DNA of 64,000 bases from Octopus vulgaris (lineage: Eukaryota). The first letter of the stretch is position 1, and each line of letters begins with the position of its first letter. Below, piece after piece: positions 54,101 through 64,000 of the stretch. The position numbers and the translations under genes are program-made. Under the pieces are notes generated by a model that worked only from the letters and a program-made list of their open reading frames with translations, had not been told where the DNA came from and ran no database searches. Where the stretch lies: assembly GCA_951406725.2 (NCBI GenBank), contig OX597824.1:85188001-85252000 (forward strand). Reading direction: 5' to 3'.

Positions 54101-54393
54101 CTTCAAAGCATGAGATCTTATCTCTTCTTTAGAAGTAACTTTTTTCGAGCAGAAGTTTGGAAAACAATCTGCATAACGTATCTTTAATTGTCGCAAATGT
54201 GAATCGTTAGCATTTCATTCACGCCAAAGGAAATCGGTAATTATTTTCTGCTCTACTTCTGTGTCTTATTTTAAAATCGTGGTAGAAATGCATAGAATGC
54301 TTTTTAATGATTGGTTTTTGTATGATAAAGACACATTTATTTTGACCGGATACCTTACACAAATTACTTTAAACTTAATTAGTCTATATTTTG

Positions 54394-54786
<393 letters not shown>

Positions 54787-54987
54787 AAAATTGGAAGAAA
54801 GAATATTCAACAGCATACACAAAAGAAATGAGATAAAACTTGAAAATCTTCGAAAATAATCACCTTTTACATTTTTGTAATAGCATTAATCTCAACATTT
54901 TAAAACTATCAGAAAATCGGATTTTGTTTTTATGAAATAGCAGATTTTGTTAAGTGACGTATATACATTGCAGCTGTCGTTGTAAGT

Positions 54988-55292
54988 GAAAGCGCGTGGT
55001 TTAGTGGTTAGGGCATTCGGCACACAATTGTATGGTCGTGAGTTCAATACAAGGCGATGCATTGGTGTCCTTGAGCAAGACGCTTTAGTTCTCGCAGCTG
55101 ATAAAAATGAGTTGTACAAGTCCGTTCAATAGACCGGCTTTGTTACATTCAATGCGTCACCTTGAACATGAGAACTACATTAGGGGTACGCGTGTTTGTG
55201 GAGTGCTCAGCCACCTGTGCCTTAATTCCAGGAGCAGGCTGTTCCGTTGATTGAATCAACTGGAAACCCCGTCGTCGCAATCGACGGAGTAC
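54988..55292 (+). mobile_element. Diverged tRNA-SINE with a D-like core and an A-like 3' tail
   Basis: Head GCGCGTGGTTTAGTGGTTAGGG, core CTTGAGCAAGAC, tail GAGCAGGCTGTTCCGTTGA...GACGGAGT. Confidence 0.7.
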
Positions 55293-55761
55293 CAGTTTTT
55301 TGTCGTTGTCGTTGTTTGTTGTTTAGGCAAAGACTAACTCTGGTGCGTAGACACGATCAATAAAGTTTCAGCCTTGCTCACTGAACACAGTTTTTTTTAA
55401 AAGTGTGTCAAAGTGAGTGAAGATTCGCAGCTTAGTGGTTAGGGTGTTTTATTCAGTTACTATATTTCATCCTCTTAACTTTAATTTTCCAACCTCTCCT
55501 ACAAACATCGAGGAAGAGGAAGTTCTAAAGAAGAGAGAGGTGAAGTTACCCTATCGTCTCACTATACTATAACCATGTTGCCTGAGATACACCAGCACAT
55601 CATATTTATAAATATGCATCACGGGGGTAAGTAAAATTTGCTACAGCAATGCATTAGTATTTGCTGGAGCAATGCATTAGTAACAAACGATTCATTAGTT
55701 TATAATTCAGTTTTTTATAGGACAGGATGAAGTACATGGCGGTAAACCACTACGGTGTAAT

Positions 55762-56362
55762 AAGGCGGCGAGCTGGCAGAAATGTTAGCACGCCGGGCGA
55801 AATGCTTAGCGGTATTTCGTCTGCCGCTTCGTTCTGAGTTCAAATTCCGCCGAGGTCGACTTTGCCTTTCATCCTTTCGGGGTCGATTAAATAAGTACCA
55901 TTACGCACTGGGGTCGATGTAATCGACTTAATCCGTTGGTCTGTCCTTGTTTGTCCTCTCTGTGTTTAGCTCCTTGTGAGTTGTAAAGAAATAGGTATTT
56001 CGTCTGCCGTTACGTTCTGAGTTCAAATTCCGCCGAGGTCGACTTTGCTTTTCATCCTTTCGGGGGCGATTAAATAATTACCAGTTACGCACTGGGGCCG
56101 ATATAATCGACTTAATCCGTTTGCCTGTCCTTGTTTGTCCTCTCTGTGTTTAGCCCCTTGTGGGTAGTAAAGAAATAGGTATTTCGTCTGCCATTACATT
56201 CTGAGTTCAAATTCCGCCGAGGTCGACTTTGCCTGTCATCCTTTCGGGGTCGATTAAATAAGTACCAGTTACGCACTGGGGCCGATATAATCGACTTCAT
56301 CCGTTTGTCTGTCCTTGTTTGTCCTCTCTGTGTTTAGCCCCTTGTGGGTAGTAAAGAAATAA
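55762..56362 (+). mobile_element. SINE family C with its 3' roughly 184 bp in three tandem copies
   Basis: Each tail AAAGAAATAG runs directly into GTATTTCGTCTGCC; the outer duplication is GTAAACCAYTACGGTGTAAT. Confidence 0.92.
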
Positions 56363-56716
56363 GTAAACCATTACGGTGTAATTAGCCTCAGGTTCTCAGA
56401 TTCAGAAATACAAATGCTATTCACACATTCAGTTGTCTAGTGCAACATCGATAATATAATATAAACCGGAGTTAAGACAGAAGTAGATGAAACGGAAGTT
56501 TAAATTGCATTAACGTAACTAACACTCTTCTTTTCGTCATTAGTTCGATCCAATTGGTGTTGGGTGACAGAAATATGCCGCGACTCGTTGGTTTTGTTCG
56601 TCAGAGTTTGAACATTCTTATCAATGCAGAATATCAACCGACTAGCTCGAGTTTGCGAGTGGGCCTAGATGATGTCTGTTGTGTATATAATTGTCACAGT
56701 GATGACGAGTGCATGT

Positions 56717-56778
<62 letters not shown>

Positions 56779-56830
56779 ATGCGTGCGTGTGTGTGTGTGT
56801 GTGAGTGTGTGTGTATTATATATGTATATG

Positions 56831-56876
<46 letters not shown>

Positions 56877-57007
56877 TTGTATCTGCCAAAGTCATATGAT
56901 ACGCATGTTTCAGGAAACGTTCCAAGTACATCTACACGCGAGTAGTGTGTGTGTATGTACATATGTGAGAGAGGGGGTAAGAGAAAGTAGAGAGAGAGAA
57001 AGAAAGG

Positions 57008-57043
<36 letters not shown>

Positions 57044-57100
57044 GAGAGAGAAAAATATAGGGAAGGAGAGAGAGAGAACGAAGGAGAGAAAGAGTATGTA

Positions 57101-57240
57101 CGAGGGGGTGCTGAAAAGTTCCTGGCTTTAAGGGTGTCACGAAAGTCCTCGTTGGAGTTCTTTTATAGAGTTTAGAAAAAACTGAAGGGCCGCTGCAACA
57201 AGTCAGTGAACCTGAGAGGGGAATATGTTAGATAAAATCC
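57101..57240 (+). mobile_element. mariner-derived non-autonomous element fragment
   Basis: TA|CGAGGGGGTGCTGAAAAGTTCC terminus followed by a relic of the transposase end (RCNKSVNLRGEYV). Confidence 0.6.
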
Positions 57241-57354
57241 TTTTGATGGTAAGGCCTTTGCTTTGGACAGAGTGAAAACTTTTCGTAAGGAAAACGGAAA
57301 AGAGCAAAGTGTGTCCTTCTGTTATTGGAAACTCATTAGTGGGTCCTATAGAAA

Positions 57355-57666
57355 AGGCACATGGCTCAGTGGTTAGGGCGATGAGCTTACGATCGTGAGA
57401 TTGTGAGCTCGAATCCCGGACCGGGCTGCATGTTGTGTTCTTGAGCAAGACACTTTATTTCACGTTGCTCCAGTTCACTCAGCTGTAGAAATGAGTTGCG
57501 ACGTCACAGGTGCCAAGCTGTATCAGCCATTGTCTTTCCCTTGGAGGGGAGGCTGGTATGCATGGGCGACTGCTGGTCTTCCATAAACCACCTTGCTCGG
57601 ACTTGTGACTAAGAGGGTAACTTTCTATGTACAATCCCATGGTCAGTGTCGTGACAGAAGGGGGTC
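57355..57666 (+). mobile_element. SINE family D
   Basis: Similar to 52838-53162. Confidence 0.88.
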
Positions 57667-57837
57667 CCGACCGATTAGTGGGTCCTATGTTGCTGACAAT
57701 AGGAAAGTTTTCCTGAGAAGCACTGATAACCCCGGAGTGACTGGAAGAAGGTTCACATAATAAAAATTAAGAATTCTAAAATAAAGTTTTTAAGTTAACA
57801 AGGCACTTGTAGAGAACATTCGTTTGTATGAAAATAA

Positions 57838-58225
57838 GTGGAGACGCAATGGCCCAGTGGTTAGGGCAGCGGACTAGCGGTCTTAGGATCGCGGTTTCGA
57901 TTCCCAGACCGGGCGTTTTGAGTGTTTATTGAGCGAAAACACCTAAAGCTCCACGAGGCTCCGGCAAGGATGGTGGTGATCCCTGCTGTACTCTTTCACC
58001 ACAACTTTCTCTCACTCTTACTTCCTGTTTCTGTTGTACCTGTATTTCAAAGGGCCGGCCTTGTCACTCTCTGTGTCACGCTGAATATCTCCGAGAACTA
58101 CGTTAAGGGTACACGTGTCTGTGGAGTGCTCAGCCACTTACACGTTAATTTCACGAGCAGGCTGTTCCGTTGATCGGATCAACCGGAACCCTCATCGTCG
58201 TAACCGACGGAGTGCTAAACAAGAA
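57838..58225 (+). mobile_element. SINE family A, full length, with target-site duplication
   Basis: Flanked by GTATGAAAATAA on both sides. Confidence 0.92.
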
Positions 58226-58234
58226 GTATGAAAA

Positions 58235-58642
58235 TAAAATCTTACACTACGAAGAGGAAACTTCAAGATTGTTTTGACGGTTTGTATGCCAAGCTTCCCA
58301 TGAGGACTGACAACATCTCGTGGCGAGTGCCCAAGGCCAAACAGAAGATTTATTTACACATTTCACTCATCTCTACTATTGTTACCAACGGATGGTAGGC
58401 TTTGTTGGCCACTGCTATCGTGCTGAACATCAAACCATATCAGATGTTACTTCTTGAAGACTTCCGCACCCTAATAGCGGAAGAAGAACTCTCAACTACG
58501 TTTAGGTTATTGGCAGAGACACGCAGCATGAAATTGGACTGAAAAAAGCTAACAAATTTCTGGTGCGGCTTGGCGAAACACATCTCGCGGTTGTGGCTGC
58601 TCAGAGAAGAATATGTCTGGCTGCTCAGAGAAGAATATGTCT
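58235..58642 (+). mobile_element. RTE/RTE-X-like LINE 3' end, decayed
   Basis: KLQDCFDGLYAKLPMRTDNISWR...VGFVGHCYRAEHQTISDV...RRTLNY; ends in a 21-bp tandem repeat. Confidence 0.7.
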
Positions 58643-58717
58643 GCCTGCCTGCTTGTCTGTGCGCGCGCGCGTGCGTGTGTATGTGTGTGTGCGTATGCCT
58701 GTTCGTACGTAGGCATT

Positions 58718-58931
58718 TACTCTTTTCTCTTTTACTTGTTTCAGTCATTTGACTGCGGCCATGCTGGAGCACCGCCTTTTTTAATCGAGCAACTCGACCC
58801 CGGGACTTATTCTTTTGTAAGCCCAGTACTTATTCTATCGGTCTCTTTTGCCGAACCGCTAGGTAACGGGGACATAAACACACCAGCATCGGTTGTCAAG
58901 CAATGCTAGGGGGACAAACACAGACACACAA

Positions 58932-58994
<63 letters not shown>

Positions 58995-59150
58995 TACGAC
59001 GGGCTTCTTTCAGTTTCCGTCTACCAAATCCCCTCACAAGGCTTTAGTCGGCCCGAGGCTATAGTAGAAGACACTTGTCCAAGGTGCCACGCTGTGGGAC
59101 TGAACCCGGAACCATGTGGTTGGTAGACAAGCTACTTACCACACAGCCAT
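58718..59150 (-). mobile_element. SINE family B, full length
   Basis: Reverse complement of 38748-39150. Confidence 0.92.
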
Positions 59151-59347
59151 GTTTGTTTGTATTTATGTATACGTTGCTGAATATGTTCAAATAAATGCAT
59201 ACGAGAGATACGGAATATTATATAAAGTATTAAGAATTTCTTGAATTCCATCGTAAAAATGGTAATAAAGAGAAATATGTCTGAGAAATACACCGAAAGG
59301 ATATTTGATTCTTATACGACCCTCTGCCTCCTCGCTCTTTTTTCCCT

Positions 59348-59400
<53 letters not shown>

Positions 59401-59559
59401 ACACGTACATAAGCAGACATTCTCATACCGCACGCAAACACACTCACGTGCAATTACCCGCAAATACTATTTTCTCGCCACAAACATCCTTTCCCACTCG
59501 CATGCACAAAATCACTACTTCATAGAAACACATGCGCGCGCACATGTTTATGCACGTTG

Positions 59560-59920
59560 CGTGCACACACACACACACATACACACACACATACATGCGC
59601 TCGTACGTACACACACGCACATACAGTCGTACGAATTCGACGCACACACACACATACATGCGCGCGCACACACACACATACACACACTTACATGCGCTCG
59701 TACACACACACATACACACACTTACATGCGCTCGTACACACACACACACATACACACACATACATGCACTCGTACATACACACATACATGCGCTCGTACG
59801 TACACACACACATACACACACATATATGCGCTCGTACATACACACATACATGCGCTCGTACGTACACACACACATACAGTCGTACCAATTCGACGCACAC
59901 ACACACACACACACACACAC
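59560..59920 (+). repeat. (CA)n-derived minisatellite with recurring ATGCGCTCGTAC motif
   Basis: About eight motif copies separated by variable CA/TA runs. Confidence 0.9.
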
Positions 59921-59999
59921 AGACATTATTGTGCAATCGCTTGTTGTAGAACCAAGCCATGCACTTGGCAGAGTTAATGTACTTTACACGATAGCTTTA

Positions 60000-60432
60000 A
60001 TTGTAAGATGATCTGTTGCACTCCAGACATCATAGAAAACTTGTAATGAGTACACGCGTACTGGTTTGGTTCCCACTACTGATAGTTTTTTTTTTTTGCT
60101 GGCTCTTTCGTGACATAAAGCAGATGAGTGCTATAGTTTCTACGGGGAAAAAATTCCAGTCTATCCCATAAAATGTTGTGTGGGGATTGTGCAGAAGAAT
60201 GAGCTATATCCAGACATCGGAGGACGTTTAGGTCGACGAGGTTAACGTCCTTCTTGTACAGCTTTACGTAGAGGGTAACTGGAGATGCATGCTGTGCGAG
60301 GGAATTCTAGGGGGGTCGATGACCTTTAGAATAAGCACTGGGCTTATTAGATAACGCAACATCTGGGGAAGTGAACGCCTGTATGGGTAACGGGAATCAG
60401 TCCAAGATCCCTTAGTAGACTGGCACCTGACT
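60000..60432 (-). mobile_element. Highly decayed CR1/Jockey-group RT C-terminal fragment
   Basis: LLRDLGLI and LYVKLYK...SDVW relics. Confidence 0.4.
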
Positions 60433-60503
60433 TATTCTAACCGAACCATTGCGTTACAGGGACGTTAACAAACCAACTCTGGTTGTCAAGTGGTGGTGAG
60501 GGA

Positions 60504-60563
<60 letters not shown>

Positions 60564-60574
60564 CACACATGCAG

Positions 60575-61360
60575 ACCGACGTTGTGAGTGTTTGTTGAGC
60601 GAAAGAACATAAAGCCCCACGAAGCTCCGGCGGGGTGGGCGAGGTGGCAAATCATGCTGTACTCTTTCTTTCACTCTTTCTCCCTGTTTCTATTGTACCT
60701 GCATTTCAAAGGGGCCAGCCTTGCCACACACTGTGTCACGCTGAATCTCCCCAAGAACTACGTTAAGGGTACACGTGTCTGTGGAGTGCTCAACCACTTA
60801 CACGCTAATTTCACAAGCAGGCTGTTCCGTTGATCGGAACAAATGAAGCCCTCGTCGTCGTAACCGACGGAGTGCCACAACAACGATAAAGCTTTACAAA
60901 CGCCTGTTGTAATATACAAACAAACAATAGGGCGTCAAAATGGCAAAATCGTTAGCATGTCGGGCGAAATCCTTAGCAGTATTTCGTCTGCCGATACGTT
61001 CTGAGTTCAAATTCCACCGAAGTCGACTTAGCCTTTCATCCTTTCGGCGTCGATAAATAAAGTACCAGTTAAGCACTGGGGTCGATGTAATCGACTTAAT
61101 CCGTTTGTCTGTCCTTGTTTGTCCCCTCTATGTTTAGCCCCTTGTGGGCAGTAAAGAAATATAAAAATCGTTAGCACGTCGGACAAAATGCCTAACGGCA
61201 TTTCATCTGTCTTTGCGTTCTGAGTTCAAATTCCGCCGAGGTCGACTTCGCCTTTTATTCTTCCTGGGTAGATAAAACAAGTACCACTTGATCACTGTGG
61301 CGTTGTAATCGACTACTTTCTCCCATAAAATTGCTGGCTTCGTACCAAAATTTGAAACAA
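60575..61360 (+). mobile_element. Diverged SINE A 3' part followed by two SINE C copies
   Basis: Similarity to other copies in the window. Confidence 0.85.
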
Positions 61361-61977
61361 ATTTTACAGTAAAGAAGCTATTTAGCATCTCCAGCCAAAA
61401 TCTGGTTTTAGAAATAGCGCTTGGAGGTTAGGAATATAGGTGCGATTCACAGAAGTTAAACCTTAGTTGCCGACCTGCAGCTGAAAGAATATGAGAAACC
61501 TATTTCCCTACTTTAAAACTTTTCCTGTTTTTCTTTCAAGTAATTATGAACGGTCATAATACTGGCATTAAATTCAGTGGAAAGCTCTCATTGTTACAGC
61601 AGGGTTCCTTGAAAACGTTGCATCTAGAATTTCGTCATCCAATACGAGAGAGCATACTGCTCTAGGCTCATAATGCAAATTAAATTACCATGCCTGAATT
61701 GATCATAATTCTCTTGAGTATATGTGACCGCTTCGCTTGCATAGAAACCTCAATGAAACTCATACAGTATAATGCGACGAGCATGCAATTTGCTTGGCTC
61801 CACGATAGGTTCTTTATAAATATGGTTGACACGGTCGATTACAAACACTTAAAGGTGATGCCCCAGCATAGCCGCAAGCATGTGACCGAAACCAGTAAAA
61901 GACTATGTATTTGTGTGTGTGTGCATACAAACATACATGGTTATATATATATATATATATATATAAATATACAAACA

Positions 61978-62008
<31 letters not shown>

Positions 62009-62172
62009 GTATGTGTGCATATATATATATATGGGAGGTTATGAGAGGTAATTGTGTCGAGAAGACGCAAAGGTGTCAGGTAATGCTGAGTAAGTGCTAT
62101 GGACAGACTATTGTTAAGCTCCAGGTTCGGTGATTATGCGAATGAGGAGTCCAACGTAGGTCATATATCAGC

Positions 62173-62217
<45 letters not shown>

Positions 62218-62275
62218 CCAGAATGAGATAAAAATGCAAGGTTGTGAAAGATTTCAGAACATTTATAAATAGAAT

Positions 62276-62322
62276 GTCTTACAGCTGTTTCGGGATATTT
62301 TATATATCCCTTCATCGGAGAC
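62276..62322 (-). ncRNA. Minimal type I hammerhead motif (U4C core variant)
   Basis: GTCT-CCGATGA-A-GGGATAT-loop-ATATCCC-GAAA-CAGCTG-TA-AGAC. Confidence 0.72.
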
Positions 62323-62696
62323 GGTGTGAGAGAGTGGTTAAGCAATAAGTATTTTAAATAAGATATGAAATAGAGAGTGAAGTGGAGGAATGAAAACAGA
62401 CGTGAGATATGCAGGGATATTGCATCTTCAGTCCCATTATTTAGGCAGAATGGTATATATATATAAGATTCCAGTACCTTGTGAGTAAGTTCCAATAGTA
62501 TTTAAAATTGGTCATTCCAAGCATAGCGTTTAGAACTTACAAGGTACTGGAATCTTATATGTATACCATTCTGCCTAAATAATGAAACTGAAGATACAAT
62601 ATCCCTGCATATCTCACGTATATTTTCATTCCTCCGCTTCACTCTCTATTTCATATCTTATCTAGAATAACTATTGCTTAACCATTTTCTCACCCC

Positions 62697-62745
62697 GTCT
62701 CCGATGAAGGGATATATATAAAATATCCCGAAACAGCTGTAAGAC
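62697..62745 (+). ncRNA. Minimal type I hammerhead motif (U4C core variant)
   Basis: GTCT-CCGATGA-A-GGGATAT-loop-ATATCCC-GAAA-CAGCTG-TA-AGAC. Confidence 0.72.
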
Positions 62746-62874
62746 ATTCTATTTATAAATGTTCTGAAATCTTTCACAGCCTTGATTTTTATCTCATTCT
62801 GTTAATTTATATATGTATATATATAATGATATGTATATGTATGAAATTTTTGTTTACAGTGATATTAAACATTG

Positions 62875-63420
62875 CAGAGAATGGCTGAGCCAAAATCAAA
62901 ATCCTGTACCACATCTATGAGATAGATTTCACCGAAAAGGAATTTAATTGGGCGTTTGAGGGAATGTGGAAGAAATTATTCATTACGAGCTTTTAAGGCG
63001 AATCAAGCAATAATTTTTGAAGTCTAACGCCATCAATTGAACCGTTTGAAGACTGCTTTGGATAGAAAAAGTTTCTGCCCTTAATATTACGTAGGGTAGT
63101 TTTCTTCCGTCAAGATAATGCTCGATCTCATATTGCTCAAGTCACGAAAAACGTTCTGGAATTGTCCGGATTGGAAAAAAATGCTACATTTTCCATATTC
63201 TCCAGACCTTCCGCCATTAAACTTCCGCTCATTTAGATCTTCAGATCTTTGCAAAACTATTTTGATGAGAAAAGCATGGCCAGCAAGGGAGATATAAAAA
63301 AAGTGAATTAAATACGCATTTTAATTCAAACAGAAGGAATTTTTGAAATCAGGCATTCAAAAAATTACAGATAGATGGAGGGAAGTGATAGAAAATGAAG
63401 AAAATTGTATAGATGATTAA
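62875..63420 (+). pseudogene. mariner (D,D34D-type) transposase catalytic-domain remnant
   Basis: EIIHYELL, QLNRLKTAL, FRQDNARSHIAQVTK...MLHFPYSPDLPPLNF. Confidence 0.88.
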
Positions 63421-64000
63421 ATTTGCAGTATTAAATATCATGTTTGTACTTTATATAAATGCTAAAAGTCGGTCAGAGCTTTGCATACAATCTCTCTCTC
63501 TCTTCCTCTCCTTTTCTCTTTTACGCACACACACGTGCGCGCATATATACGTCCATATGTATGCATATATGCATGCATGTATATGTATTTATGTATAATC
63601 GTACATGTGTATACTTGTATGTGTGCATAATTTATATTTCTGATAACTTGAACACATACGTGTGTGTGAGTGCATATAAATGTGTGTGTGTGTGTGTGGG
63701 TGTGTGTGTGTTCAATTATTCAACAAGCTATTAGCCACTTTGTCTTTAGAGAGACGTCAGTGTGAAGGAATGTCCGATTTACATAATTACATTCATAACG
63801 CAACATGATTCTTTTATAGGACCTGCACGATATGTTAACGTTTCAACAATATCACCCCTCCCTTCTTCAGAATTTCCTCTTCCTCGGCGTTATTCTTGTT
63901 GATGTTTTGCTGTTATGCTGCAGGCATTAAAGCTTTGATCACCCCCCTCAATCTTGTTTTTTGAAGGGCATCTCGGATTGCAGTTGCCGTATACATGTTT

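Larger units (their letters stand above)
62213..62807. mobile_element. Penelope-like element remnant: inverted pseudo-LTRs of about 275 bp with a 48-nt spacer
   Basis: Arms 62213-62486 and 62535-62807. Each has the ORF end (left arm: KVLESYIYIPFCLNNGTEDAISLHI, like ILESxxIxxxxPxLN...LxI of GIY-YIG PLEs) followed by a hammerhead motif; flanked by (TA)n. Confidence 0.82.

Noticed and set aside
57838-57915. tRNA gene candidates at SINE heads (also near 2780-2843 and 52840-52900)
   Set aside because: They continue into SINE bodies with target-site duplications and lack a proper cloverleaf.

Overview
Eukaryotic, AT-rich, microsatellite- and transposon-dense animal DNA. The mix of tRNA-derived SINE families and R4/Dong-type LINEs points to an octopus (inference from recalled repeat families, not a search). 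Only one genuine host coding segment is visible: the first coding exon (47133-46354, minus strand, 260 codons, GTAAGT donor) of an atypical, Gyc88E-type soluble guanylate cyclase (H-NOX plus start of PAS). No further exon was recognised in the 46 kb downstream, so most of the window is probably one giant intron plus 17 kb of upstream DNA. The rest is SINEs (four families), decayed LINEs (R4/Dong-like, Tx1/L1-like, CR1-like, RTE-like), Tc1/mariner, hAT and Helitron remnants, and simple repeats. The most notable unannotated signal is a set of about ten minimal hammerhead-ribozyme motifs or half-motifs from several unrelated Penelope-like families. Most sit in inverted-repeat pairs next to (TA)n tracts. 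They include near-canonical cores, a G3:C8-swapped core, and copies on the sense strand of the sGC intron. Nearly all other ORFs in the track are microsatellite or SINE artefacts. Repeat boundaries were read by eye and are approximate.
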